A stretch of DNA of 64,000 nucleotides from an uncultured Eubacterium sp. (GTDB lineage Bacteria; Bacillota; Clostridia; Lachnospirales; Lachnospiraceae). The translations under genes were made by a program, and so were the position numbers. The first letter of the stretch is position 1, and each line of letters opens with the position of its first letter. The DNA is taken from positions 5,571 through 69,570 of the forward strand of contig CANRTU010000015.1 in the NCBI GenBank assembly GCA_947642745.1, in the 5' to 3' direction. Below the pieces are notes generated by a model that was not told the DNA's origin, did not search any database, and saw only the letters and a list, made by a program, of their open reading frames with translations. This document shows, in pieces, positions 8,786 through 18,271 of this stretch.

Positions 8786-10492
8786 TTATAAACCCGGAAT
8801 AACTTCTCCGGTGTTATCCCCGCCGCCCTTACGGACCAGCACTTCCTTTCCCTTAAACGCAAATCCGTATTTCCTGATCCGTTCCGGGGAAACGCCCCTT
8901 TTCCTCAGCACGGTCTCGTAACGCTTTTCCTCTATCTGCGCCAGGGCCCCGGCAGCCGTTTCCTCCAGGGTCCGCTCCCTTTCCGGACGGAACACCTTGA
9001 ATTCAATAATGATTCCGTTGTCCGTCCTGCTTTCCGGCACAAGCATAACGTCATACCTGCCGTCCCCGCTTTCCCTGTTGGACGTGATCCCGTAGATCTC
9101 CCCCAGGTCCGCCACCAGCCCCAGCACGAAGGCATGGTAGAAGTTTTCCCCGTGGTCCCTCCCGGTGTCGAAATAGCTGAACGTGGACAGGGTGATCTCG
9201 TTCATGTACCTGTTCATCCCGCTGACGTCGTCCGATAGCAGGGCTTCAGAAAACCGGTTGTAGCTGCAGTGCCTTCCCTCGAACCAGTCCGTGAACATAT
9301 CCCCGAACATCCGGTGCACCTCATGGTTTGTGACTGACAGCGTGTATTCCGGCTTCTTCCGGCGGTTCAGGCGGACTTCCTTTACCTTCAGGTAGCCCCC
9401 GGCCAGCAGCAGGCTCCAGACGGCCCCCTGCTTTCTGTCCAGCTGGCTGAACACAACCTCCTCGTCCAGCGCCGTACGAAGCTCCCCGCCACGCATCAGG
9501 TCCTCCATTATCAGCTTCGTTTCCGTATCGCTTTTCTGTAACAGATTACTGACAAGGGTATTGGAACTGGTGTTTGCCCAGTAGCTTTTAAACTTTCCCT
9601 TGCCAAGGAAATTGATCACAGACCAGGGATTGTAAATATGCGGGCATCTGCCGAACGTAAATCCGTCATACCATTCCTTTACCTGCTGTTTTTGATCCGC
9701 AAGCCCGTATTCCTCCAGGGCACGGAACACCTCCTCCTCCGTAAAACCAAACGCAGTCTCATATTTTTCAGACGTGGCCGTAACCACTTCCAGATTGTTC
9801 AGATCCGAAAACATGGATTCCCTGCCCACCCTCGTGATGCCTGTCAGGATGGCCCTTTCCAGGTACGGGTTCGTCTTGAACGTGGCGTTGAACAGCCCAC
9901 GGACAAAATCGGACAGCCCGTCCCAGTACCCTCTGGCACAGGCTTCCTGCATGGGCGTGTCATACTCGTCCAGCAGGATCACCGCCTTTTTCCCGTAATA
10001 CCCCTCCAGCAGGCAGCACAGCCTGTGCAGGGAAAAACCGGCGTCCGTGTCGTCCATGGTGGCGGATACCGCCGCAACGGCCTCCCGGTCCCGGCTGCGC
10101 AGGCGTGACATGTCCAGGTATCCGGGCAGGTCCTCATACAGGCTGGTGATGATGCGGCAGATCTTTTTCCTGGCTTCCACGAAACTTCCCGCCTTCACGC
10201 TGGCGAAGCTCAGGAAGATGACCGGGTACGTGCCCTGCAGCTTCCGGTACTTCTCCTCCTTCCAGATCTCCAGCCCCCGGAACAGGACGCTGTCCGGGTA
10301 TCTGGATGACAGGAACCGCTCCGTCATGCTCATGGCCAGGGTCTTGCCGAACCTTCTGGGCCTTGTGATCAGGGTGACATCATCCCCGCTTTCCCACCAT
10401 TCTTTGATAAAGCTGGTCTTATCCACATAAAACAGTTTATTTTCAATTACGGAAGCAAAATCCTGTTTTCCGATTGCCACTTTTCCCGGCAT
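8786..10492 (-). CDS. AAA-ATPase-like protein fused to a PD-(D/E)XK nuclease domain
   Basis: TRPRRFGKT Walker A, LLDEYDTP Walker B, YNPWS, SNRESGDGRYD..IIIEFK, QIEEKRY. Confidence 0.9.
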   Translation of the reverse strand: MPGKVAIGKQDFASVIENKLFYVDKTSFIKEWWESGDDVTLITRPRRFGKTLAMSMTERFLSSRYPDSVLFRGLEIWKEEKYRKLQGTYPVIFLSFASVKAGSFVEARKKICRIITSLYEDLPGYLDMSRLRSRDREAVAAVSATMDDTDAGFSLHRLCCLLEGYYGKKAVILLDEYDTPMQEACARGYWDGLSDFVRGLFNATFKTNPYLERAILTGITRVGRESMFSDLNNLEVVTATSEKYETAFGFTEEEVFRALEEYGLADQKQQVKEWYDGFTFGRCPHIYNPWSVINFLGKGKFKSYWANTSSNTLVSNLLQKSDTETKLIMEDLMRGGELRTALDEEVVFSQLDRKQGAVWSLLLAGGYLKVKEVRLNRRKKPEYTLSVTNHEVHRMFGDMFTDWFEGRHCSYNRFSEALLSDDVSGMNRYMNEITLSTFSYFDTGRDHGENFYHAFVLGLVADLGEIYGITSNRESGDGRYDVMLVPESRTDNGIIIEFKVFRPERERTLEETAAGALAQIEEKRYETVLRKRGVSPERIRKYGFAFKGKEVLVRKGGGDNTGEVIPGL

Positions 10493-10655
10493 TATCACAC
10501 CTCCTTCAAAACTCTCTGCCCAGACTGGTTATCAAAACCTGTGCCAGGGCGTATCCGGATATCTTTCCCATAATCCGCACCCGCCCTTTGTACCACGGAA
10601 AATATCATATATCCCGGGGGCATACAGGAAGGCGCAGGGCAGTTTATTATATGAT

Positions 10656-10754
10656 AAAAAGAGAATAGCCGCCACTACTATGTAAGTGACGGCTGGTGTA
10701 AAAATAAGCTAGCTATAAGCTGTCCGGCGCAGAACAGCGTTTATAGTTTCCTAT
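10656..10754 (-). ncRNA. Candidate ~100-nt sRNA, type I antitoxin-like
   Basis: Has its own promoter, a 5' hairpin, and terminator AGCCGTCACT-N8-AGTGGCGGCT-ATTCTCTTTTT. Confidence 0.5.
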
Positions 10755-10760
10755 ATTATA

Positions 10761-10789
10761 TTTATAGCATATCCTGGTACCGGACGCAA
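10761..10789 (-). promoter_or_regulatory. sigma70-type promoter of the candidate sRNA
   Basis: TTGCGT-N17-TATAAA with extended TG. Confidence 0.6.
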
Positions 10790-10830
10790 GAAGTTTTTTA
10801 CACTTCCTGCCAACTTTTATCAGATCTTTC

Positions 10831-10923
10831 GTTACTGTTCACACCAGGGTTTTGCATTTACTGCAAAACCCGTAAGAATGCGTAAATTCAGTTACTGTGA
10901 ACACCAAAGGTGTGAACAGTAAC
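10831..10923. mobile_element. 93-bp MITE
   Basis: Perfect 15-bp terminal inverted repeats GTTACTGTTCACACC / GGTGTGAACAGTAAC, flanked by the 8-bp direct repeat GATCTTTC (10823-10830 and 10924-10931). Confidence 0.8.
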
Positions 10924-11059
10924 GATCTTTCTGCACCGGCTGGCCCGGCGCCTGAAATAACAGATAACCGCAGCAGGCAGCTGCCCGTTCCATATGCCTG
11001 TTATCCACAGGTATGAAATCCGGGGCAGCCGCCTGTTATAAGGAGGTAACTGTCAGTTT

Positions 11060-13009
11060 TTAAGCATTCTTTTTACCAAGCACTACCTTTACTGTCTGCT
11101 GCTGGTAACCGCCTTCTCCGGCCCGGTAGATCTCGATTTCCACCTCAGAACCAGCTTCGTAGTAGGTAATCATATTCTGAAATGCCCGGTATGATTTTAC
11201 GGCTTTGCCGTCAAATTTTGTAATAATGTCTCCTCTCTGCAGACCATACTTCTCTGCCGCTGTTCCTTTGCTCACTTCTGTAATGCAGATGCCTTCCGGT
11301 ATATTGTAGGTTTGGGAAATTGTGGAGGTCACGTCCGCACCAACGATTCCAAGAAACGCAGCTTTATCGTCGTCCGTAACTACTTCCCGTTTAATCAGAT
11401 CCTCAATAATCGGCTTTGCCGTGTTGGATGGAATCGCAAAACCCATTCCTTCCACATCCGTATCAGAATATTTAGAAGAATTAATGCCGATCACTTCACC
11501 TTTATTATTTAAGAGGGCTCCGCCGCTATTGCCGGGGTTGATGGCCGCATCTGTCTGAATCAGCTCATTTGTAAAAGATTCCCTGGTCTTTTCATCCTGA
11601 ATGGTCACTTCACGGTTTAAAGCGCTGACCCATCCGCCAGTGACAGACTGACCATAGCCTAAAGCATTGCCAATGGCGATTGCCTGGGAACCTACTTTCA
11701 CATTATCTGAATCTCCCAGGGTAGCGATTTTAATCCTGGATAATGTTTCCTTTTCAATATCAGATTTGTTTACCTTTACGACTGCCAGATCGGAACTGCG
11801 GTCTGTGCCTTTGATTTCCGCACTCGCCGTTGTTTTATCCTCAAACTGGATCGTCAGCGTTGTAGAATACTCCACCCCCTGGCTGCTACTGCCGCTGTTG
11901 GATTCTACTACGTGATTATTGGTAACAATATACAGATAGTTATCGTCCTCTCCGATAATAACACCGCTGCCGGCGCTTGGCACCTCATAATTCTGGACCT
12001 GACCGAAGAAATTCTGGACCTGTACCTGACTTAAGTTTGTAATAGATACGATGGATGGCATACACGCTTCCACAATCGCTGAAACATCCGCTCCGGAGCT
12101 GGCAGGGGTAGCCGCTACATTTTCCCCGGAATCCGGAGCTGTCTGCTGTACTGTCTCCTTCTGTGTGTGCTCTGTTGTGGTTACCACTTCCTTTTTGTCT
12201 GTGCCAAGCAGACCGCCCGTCAGATATCTGGAACCTTCAAATACAGTGCCTGATACAAGTCCGAAAATTAATGCGATGGAAGCGCATTTTGCCAGTTTTA
12301 CACCAAAGTTCTGGCTGGCCCCGGCTGCTTTTTCCGCCCGTTTTCTGGCACGTTCTTCCCGTTTCTGTTTTTTTGCGTCGGTGTCTGTGGTATATCCCGC
12401 CTGGGAATCCCCATTGCCATAAATGCTGCTGTAGTCGCCGCCGTTCTGTGCACTGCCATAAGTACCCGTATTGCCAGCCTGCGTAGCGCCATATGCGCCG
12501 CCCTTGTTATACTGGCCGTTGTAACCGCCGCCCTGCTGGCTGCCAGGGGCGCCATATCCCGCGTTGTTGTGATACCAGCCATTCTGATCCGGCTGTGTGC
12601 CGCCATAACCCTGATAAGAACCGCTTCCATACTGGCTGTTGTCTCTGGCCGTACCATAACTGCTGCCGGCATTGTCTGTATATGCGCCTGCGGTATTTTC
12701 ATCCGCTCTCCATACGGTATACGGATTCTTGTGTTCCTGATTGATATAACTGTAGCCATAAGTGGAACTGCTTTCCTGACTGCCCTCGCCGGAAGCGGTA
12801 CCTTCTGTCTCTGTGCCAGTGGCGGTCACACTGTCTCCTGCTGTAGTATGGCTGTAGTCCGGCTCCATGTCCGCCGTTGTGTTTACCATAGTACTGTCAG
12901 AGTCTGCCGGAGCGTTTACATTTGCCATGTTTGTATTGTTCACATTGTTTTCATCTGAATGATTTCCATTTCCATCATTTCCATTGTAATTGTTATAAGT
13001 ATCGCTCAT
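11060..13009 (-). CDS. htrA: HtrA/DegP-type serine protease with PDZ domain
   Basis: VTNNHVV, SDLAVVK, IQTDAAINPGNSGGAL, a single TM segment and a C-terminal PDZ. AAGGAG RBS supports a start at 13009 rather than 13288. Confidence 0.92.
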   Translation of the reverse strand: MSDTYNNYNGNDGNGNHSDENNVNNTNMANVNAPADSDSTMVNTTADMEPDYSHTTAGDSVTATGTETEGTASGEGSQESSSTYGYSYINQEHKNPYTVWRADENTAGAYTDNAGSSYGTARDNSQYGSGSYQGYGGTQPDQNGWYHNNAGYGAPGSQQGGGYNGQYNKGGAYGATQAGNTGTYGSAQNGGDYSSIYGNGDSQAGYTTDTDAKKQKREERARKRAEKAAGASQNFGVKLAKCASIALIFGLVSGTVFEGSRYLTGGLLGTDKKEVVTTTEHTQKETVQQTAPDSGENVAATPASSGADVSAIVEACMPSIVSITNLSQVQVQNFFGQVQNYEVPSAGSGVIIGEDDNYLYIVTNNHVVESNSGSSSQGVEYSTTLTIQFEDKTTASAEIKGTDRSSDLAVVKVNKSDIEKETLSRIKIATLGDSDNVKVGSQAIAIGNALGYGQSVTGGWVSALNREVTIQDEKTRESFTNELIQTDAAINPGNSGGALLNNKGEVIGINSSKYSDTDVEGMGFAIPSNTAKPIIEDLIKREVVTDDDKAAFLGIVGADVTSTISQTYNIPEGICITEVSKGTAAEKYGLQRGDIITKFDGKAVKSYRAFQNMITYYEAGSEVEIEIYRAGEGGYQQQTVKVVLGKKNA

Positions 13010-13086
13010 AATAAGTCTCCTTTCTATCCTTCCTTTTTCTGTTGTATATGCCATGACTGATCCGGTTGTTTCCGGATGTGCTTCCT

Positions 13087-13184
13087 GTTGTCTGTTTCGT
13101 GTTGACTGTCTTGTGTTATTTGTTTCGTATTGTTTGTTTTCTGTTGTTTGTTTCGTGTTGTTTGTTTCGTGTTGTTTGTTTATA
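13087..13184. repeat. 14-bp tandem repeat, 7 copies, upstream of htrA
   Basis: Consensus GTTGTTTGTTTCGT; imperfect copies in register. Confidence 0.85.
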
Positions 13185-13263
13185 GATAGAAGTTTACCGT
13201 GAAATTGTGTTCCTTTTGTGTTTAAAATGCCAAAAAAAAGTGAAATTATGTGTCTTTCTGAAC

Positions 13264-13366
13264 ACAATTTCTCTGGGAGCCTTTCCAAATCAAAACAGAT
13301 TATTGAAGGTGTTGAATTTACAATGTATGATACAATTTCTCTGAAAGCCTTTCCAGATCAAAACAG
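13264..13366. repeat. 35-bp direct repeat pair separated by 33 bp
   Basis: ACAATTTCTCTGRRAGCCTTTCCARATCAAAACAG at 13264-13298 and 13332-13366, 3 mismatches. Confidence 0.8.
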
Positions 13367-13444
13367 GGGCTGTCACAGAAAGAAATCTGATACAGACCTG
13401 TCATTTCCAGTTTCTGTATGCAATTTCTTCATGTAACAACCCCT
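13365..13444. repeat. REP-like imperfect palindrome or terminator downstream of the protease gene
   Basis: AGGGGCTGTCACA ... TGTAACAACCCCT with inner pairing. Confidence 0.5.
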
Positions 13445-13472
13445 GTTATCCAGCACAGCGGCCGGTCCGGCG

Positions 13473-15737
13473 TCAGCCTGCGGTTTTCACACGCACTTTT
13501 GCGTTGCCGGACAGCCGTATCATCTCCCGGTATGCTGACAGGCAGCCCCGTGGAACGACGACTACCGCATGGTCCGGAATATTCCGGAAAGCGCCTTCGC
13601 CTACTGACTCCAGGTTTTTTGACTTAATCGTAATTCTGGTCAGATTTTTACAACCGGCAAAAGCATGATCCCCGATTTCTGTAACGTTTTTGCCTACTGT
13701 GACATTTAAAACTTTTTTATTTCCCCTGATACAGTTTTCCTCCATCATGGTCACCGCATAATCCAGTCCGCTGATACGCACTTTTGCGGGAACGATAACC
13801 ATAATCCGGTTCTTTGCCGTACATTTCGTATACCAGGCAGTGCCGTCCTTCCAGAAAATATAGCGCCCTTTGTCCACGGTTTTTACCATACCGTCTTCTG
13901 GCAGCTCCGGCTCCCCGGGATCATCCGGTTCCTGTGGATCATCTTCCCCCGGAGGATCTGTTTGCGCCGGATTCTGCGGAGTCCACACCGCATTTACTAC
14001 CGTGTTTCCAGTAATATTGCTGTAATCCCGGTCCCACTGCAGTGTATAGCCCTCCCGTTCCAGCACTGGGGCCGTGGCCGACGCACCATGGTATACTACC
14101 TGTGACTTACAGATTTTCCCTTCGCTGACAAAGGTAACTGTATACTGTGAGGCAGCCGGCTGCTGCTCTTTCTCCAGCGTGATCTTTGCCCTGGCGCTTT
14201 TGCTCCTGTCCGCCGCAGAAATGGCATACACATACAGCTCCCCGGAAGTCTCATCATTGCCGATATACAAAACGCCCTGTTCCAGTTTCGTATTGCTGGA
14301 ACTGTTGCCGCTTAACTGCCAGCTGATCTGCTGGGAAGGCTGGCCGGTTCCGGTAACCCAGGCCTGGAATTTCTGGCTCATGCCCGGACGCAGCTGACAG
14401 TCCTGAGGTGAGACCGTCACCCCGGTAACCGTTCCATACGGTGAGGAAGGACTGATACCCGGTATGCCTGTGGACGTATTGACAGTAAACGCCTTGAGAC
14501 ATACGTTTGAGCTGTCTGGTATCTGGCTGTCCGCCGTAGAAGACACCGGCACTGCCCGGTCATTTCCTGTCACCTCCACCTGCAGCTGCAGTACCGTGCC
14601 ATTGACCGGCAGGGGATCAGCCAGCCGGAACGTACGGTAACCGCTGCGGGCCATAGTACCGCTAAACTGGGTCAGTTCCTTTCCATTGACAAAAAAACGG
14701 TAGCTGGCGCCCGCCTTTACATAGGTGGCAAAGCCGGACAGACGTTCCGTGCCCCCGTCCAGCCGGTAAGTGCGGCTGTAACTGCTTCCCTGCATATATT
14801 CTGACAATCCCCGGTAATCAGTCTCATATACATGGTCATACAGACCGGAACGGCTGGTTACCTGTGAGACCGCAAACGCATCCTGAAAATAATTTTCATA
14901 TGAAATCCAGTAATAGCCTGTATTTCCATTGATACTGCACGTATCATTTCTGCCCCAGCTGTTTTTTACCAGAAACGCTCCCGGACCGGAAGGCTGGCCG
15001 GGCGTTGTCAGGGTATTGCGAAACCAGGCCGCCGGAAAAAAATCGTTCCAGCCTACAATCGTTACTCCGTGATTAACACCGGGACTGGAAGCCTGTGGAT
15101 AGTAATATGCCCCGTTTATCGTGGTCTGCAGCCGGTCAAAGGAATTAAACCAGACACTGACCCCTACGGCGCCATACTGTGTCACCAGATTTTTAATATC
15201 CCGGATATAATCCTGCTTCGCCTGCACGTCCTCCTTCTGATATGTTCCAAGATCTGTGGTCTCACTGACATAATAATCTGTAAGCGTTCCGTCCGCCTCC
15301 CTGCGGGGACCGCACTGGCTGCCCCTGGTCCAGTATGCCACGGCCTGGTGATAATTTCCGCCCCGGGTCAGATCCAGAAACCCATAAGACCCGCCGTTTC
15401 CCATCTGATAAATCATATCTGATTCACTAAAATCATTCTGTTCTGTCCGGCCTGTCCGCAGCAGATAAGATTCCATAACCGCATCCGCCATATACGCCCA
15501 GCAGTAACTGGTCTGCGCCTGATCCTCCACGTCTGTCACATATGCCAGATGCGCCACATCTTCATTATAGCTGGTCAGCGGCGATGACGATGGATATGAC
15601 TGCACCCCGGAGCGCAGCCCGGATTCCGGATTCTTACTGACAGCAGCTGCTGCCTGTAAATGTGTTGTACCTGTAAGCACAGATACTGACAGCACTGCCG
15701 CCAGGCACACCGCAAATATTCTTTTATCTTTTCTCAT
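13473..15737 (-). CDS. Secreted papain-like (C1A) cysteine protease with Ig-like, InlB-B-like and BspA-type LRR domains
   Basis: Signal peptide; DQAQTSYCWAY (Gln/Cys), NHGVTIVGW (His), FLVKNSWG (Asn), GYYWISY; C-terminal NVTEIGDHAFAGCKNL LRR. Confidence 0.85.
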   Translation of the reverse strand: MRKDKRIFAVCLAAVLSVSVLTGTTHLQAAAAVSKNPESGLRSGVQSYPSSSPLTSYNEDVAHLAYVTDVEDQAQTSYCWAYMADAVMESYLLRTGRTEQNDFSESDMIYQMGNGGSYGFLDLTRGGNYHQAVAYWTRGSQCGPRREADGTLTDYYVSETTDLGTYQKEDVQAKQDYIRDIKNLVTQYGAVGVSVWFNSFDRLQTTINGAYYYPQASSPGVNHGVTIVGWNDFFPAAWFRNTLTTPGQPSGPGAFLVKNSWGRNDTCSINGNTGYYWISYENYFQDAFAVSQVTSRSGLYDHVYETDYRGLSEYMQGSSYSRTYRLDGGTERLSGFATYVKAGASYRFFVNGKELTQFSGTMARSGYRTFRLADPLPVNGTVLQLQVEVTGNDRAVPVSSTADSQIPDSSNVCLKAFTVNTSTGIPGISPSSPYGTVTGVTVSPQDCQLRPGMSQKFQAWVTGTGQPSQQISWQLSGNSSSNTKLEQGVLYIGNDETSGELYVYAISAADRSKSARAKITLEKEQQPAASQYTVTFVSEGKICKSQVVYHGASATAPVLEREGYTLQWDRDYSNITGNTVVNAVWTPQNPAQTDPPGEDDPQEPDDPGEPELPEDGMVKTVDKGRYIFWKDGTAWYTKCTAKNRIMVIVPAKVRISGLDYAVTMMEENCIRGNKKVLNVTVGKNVTEIGDHAFAGCKNLTRITIKSKNLESVGEGAFRNIPDHAVVVVPRGCLSAYREMIRLSGNAKVRVKTAG

Positions 15738-15762
15738 ACAATCCTCCCGCCTTTTTTATGAT

Positions 15763-16962
15763 TCATCCCGGAGCCAGCGATTTTACAAACAGCTCTTCAT
15801 ACCGGGCCGTAATATATTCCCAGCTGTAATATTTCCTGATCCGTTCCCTTGCCTGCTTTCCCAGCTCCCGGATCTGCCGGCTGTCCATGGCATCCGCAGC
15901 GCCGATAAGCGCCGCAAGGCTGCCGGACTCCTTTGTCCAGTAGCAGGCGGCGTCTCCTGCTACTTCCCGGTTAAATCCCACGTCCAGCAGCAGATTCAGA
16001 TCTGTACGCCCCAGCGCTTCCAGCAGCCCCGGATTGGTTCCTCCCACTTCGTGTCCATGGAAATATCCATAGGCATGCTCCCGGATTTTCTTTAACAGAT
16101 CCTGGTCATATACTGTTCCCGCAAAGATAATTCCGGGGTCTTTATCAAAACCGGTGGTTTTCTTCAGTTTTTCCAGAAAACTGTCATTTACTTCCGTGAT
16201 CAGTACAAACGCTTTTTTCGTTCCGGACTTTCTGTATTCCCGGATCATTGTCTCGTAATTATTTTCCGGCACGAACCGGCCTACAACCAGATAATATTCC
16301 CCTGCCCGCAGTCCATGGGCATCATACCATTCCCGCAGCTTTCTGTCCGCATCCCCGGACGTTACCGGCTCCGTCTCCGCCCCATAGGCAATATATACCG
16401 TCTGTGGATGATACTGGCTGTATTCCCTGCGTATATAGGCGGCGATATTTTTACTGTCACATACCAGCAGATCCGCCTGCCGTACCATCAGCTTTTCGGA
16501 ATATTTCCAGTACCGGCGCACTGGCGGACTCCATTTTGCACGCAGAAATTCATGGCCGTCCGGATTGACATACAGGCTGCCGCCCATCTGACGAATCCGC
16601 CCGGCGAAGGGAGCCAGGAACGGACCGATGCGGCATGCCAGTATATAAAATACAGGATGTGGAATCTTCTTTTGCTCCGCATAGTTGATATAATAACGCA
16701 GCGCTTCCAGATCATACATAATCGCCCGGGCCGGGCCCAGTCTGCGCCACTGGAACGTAGTACAGCATGCCCTGTGATACTTAAAATGTATGTTCCAGAC
16801 GGCGTCGTCCGGGGGATCAGCGGCACAGGCCACATGATACTGTATCCGTTTATCGGTCTGGTACTCCGTCAGCTTGTCCACAAATGTCTCAAACCCTCCA
16901 TAATGTGCCGGAATCCCTTTACATCCTATTATAAATACATGCTGTAATTCCTGTTTCTTCAT
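15763..16962 (-). CDS. GT4 glycosyltransferase, RgpA/WchF-like rhamnosyltransferase
   Basis: GIPAHYGGFETFV, NPDGHE, VGRFVPENN and HGHEVGGTNP motifs. Confidence 0.85.
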   Translation of the reverse strand: MKKQELQHVFIIGCKGIPAHYGGFETFVDKLTEYQTDKRIQYHVACAADPPDDAVWNIHFKYHRACCTTFQWRRLGPARAIMYDLEALRYYINYAEQKKIPHPVFYILACRIGPFLAPFAGRIRQMGGSLYVNPDGHEFLRAKWSPPVRRYWKYSEKLMVRQADLLVCDSKNIAAYIRREYSQYHPQTVYIAYGAETEPVTSGDADRKLREWYDAHGLRAGEYYLVVGRFVPENNYETMIREYRKSGTKKAFVLITEVNDSFLEKLKKTTGFDKDPGIIFAGTVYDQDLLKKIREHAYGYFHGHEVGGTNPGLLEALGRTDLNLLLDVGFNREVAGDAACYWTKESGSLAALIGAADAMDSRQIRELGKQARERIRKYYSWEYITARYEELFVKSLAPG

Positions 16963-17001
16963 AAAATCAGCTCCCGCTTTCATAATATTCTGTCCCGGAC
17001 T

Positions 17002-18123
17002 TTATTCCGGCTGTTCTGTCACCGACTGCTTTTCCTGATCCTTCACGTAATGGTCTTCCGATACGCCTGTATCCTGTTCGTCGCCCGGCCCCTTACCAGT
17101 ATCCGCCGCAATCGCCTGACTATATTTCAAAACTGTGTTGGACGGCGTGTAATTATGATCGTTAAACAGATATCTGTGCAGCTCCCTTACATTCTGTTCC
17201 AGGTCACACGGCGCCACAATATATTTTCTGGACAAATCAAAGGTATATAATCGAAATGGAAATCCACAGGTTCCCACCAGTTCATAATTAAAAAGCTGGC
17301 TGGCCATGGAAATGAGCTGCATCTGGGTCAGGTCTGTACTGATATCCCCAAGCACCGTGTCTATGATTTTATTAATCGTAAGCAGTCCGGCCTCTTTCGT
17401 CTTCTCTATCATTTTGCTCAGCACTTCCCGCTGACGCTGGGCACGACGGAAGTCATTGACATCGTGACGGATCCTGCAGTATGCGGTAGCCTGCACCCCG
17501 TCCAGCGTCTGCAGTCCGGCATGTTCCACCATATTGGCTTCCCTGCCGGTATACGCAGCGGTTTCCGCCACATAGAGGTTGATTTCTTCCAGCATGGCCC
17601 CCTCTTCCACATTGATCTCCAGTCCTCCCAGCAGATCAATCACTTTACACAGCGCATTGAAATCCACAGACACATAGTCTTCAATGTCCAGATCCAGGTT
17701 CTGGTTCAGCATCCGGACTGCCTGCTGCGGCCCGCCGTGGTTATATGCGTAATTTGCTTTCCACAGATACTGGTCGTCCGTACCGCTTACATTCAGATAC
17801 GTATCCCGGTAAACCGATACGATTCTGACTTCTTTTGTATCGTTATTAATGCTTGCGATCATAATCGTGTCGCTATTGCCTGAGGTAAATACCCCGCTTT
17901 TTTCATTGTCCAGACCAAACACCGCAATGTTGGTATATCCTTTCAGAACTTCCTGTGTAGACTGCTGCAGATCCTCGTTTACCACATCTTCCGCTTCTAT
18001 ATTATCCACATGGCTGATTTTCTGAAATTTTGACCATACAAACAGCACGGCCAGCAGCGCCAGCAGCAGGATCATCTCTATAGTAAAAATTAATATTTTA
18101 CGCCCTTTTCTTTTACGCAGCAT
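17002..18123 (-). CDS. LytR-CpsA-Psr (LCP) family glycopolymer ligase
   Basis: N-terminal TM, GNSDTIMIASIN, SVYRDTY, YCRIR, DFRRAQRQR; RBS before ATG 18123. Confidence 0.92.
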   Translation of the reverse strand: MLRKRKGRKILIFTIEMILLLALLAVLFVWSKFQKISHVDNIEAEDVVNEDLQQSTQEVLKGYTNIAVFGLDNEKSGVFTSGNSDTIMIASINNDTKEVRIVSVYRDTYLNVSGTDDQYLWKANYAYNHGGPQQAVRMLNQNLDLDIEDYVSVDFNALCKVIDLLGGLEINVEEGAMLEEINLYVAETAAYTGREANMVEHAGLQTLDGVQATAYCRIRHDVNDFRRAQRQREVLSKMIEKTKEAGLLTINKIIDTVLGDISTDLTQMQLISMASQLFNYELVGTCGFPFRLYTFDLSRKYIVAPCDLEQNVRELHRYLFNDHNYTPSNTVLKYSQAIAADTGKGPGDEQDTGVSEDHYVKDQEKQSVTEQPE

Positions 18124-18215
18124 TCCAGCCTCCTTACTCTTATTTTTACCTGTTACTACAGGCAGGAACACTTTAAAAATACGTAATCTATCTGTTAAAA
18201 AATGGGATAACCTCC

Positions 18216-18266
18216 AAAAGCCCCCGGGACAATCCATGATGCGTAATCATAGGTTGTCCCGGGGGC
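18216..18266 (-). terminator. Terminator between the two LCP genes
   Basis: GCCCCCGGGACAA...TTGTCCCGGGGGC followed by TTTT. Confidence 0.7.
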
Positions 18267-18271
18267 GCATA

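Noticed and set aside
11001-11009. Perfect DnaA box TTATCCACA in a hairpin loop
   Set aside because: Single box with no cluster, unwinding element or dnaA context; plausible by chance.
13010-13288. 93-aa N-terminal extension of HtrA in the ORF track
   Set aside because: Partly translates the 14-bp repeat; the strong RBS is at ATG 13009.
13264-13366. 35-bp repeat, 33-bp spacer, 35-bp repeat as a mini CRISPR
   Set aside because: Only two imperfect copies, no cas genes or further spacers; a local duplication explains it.
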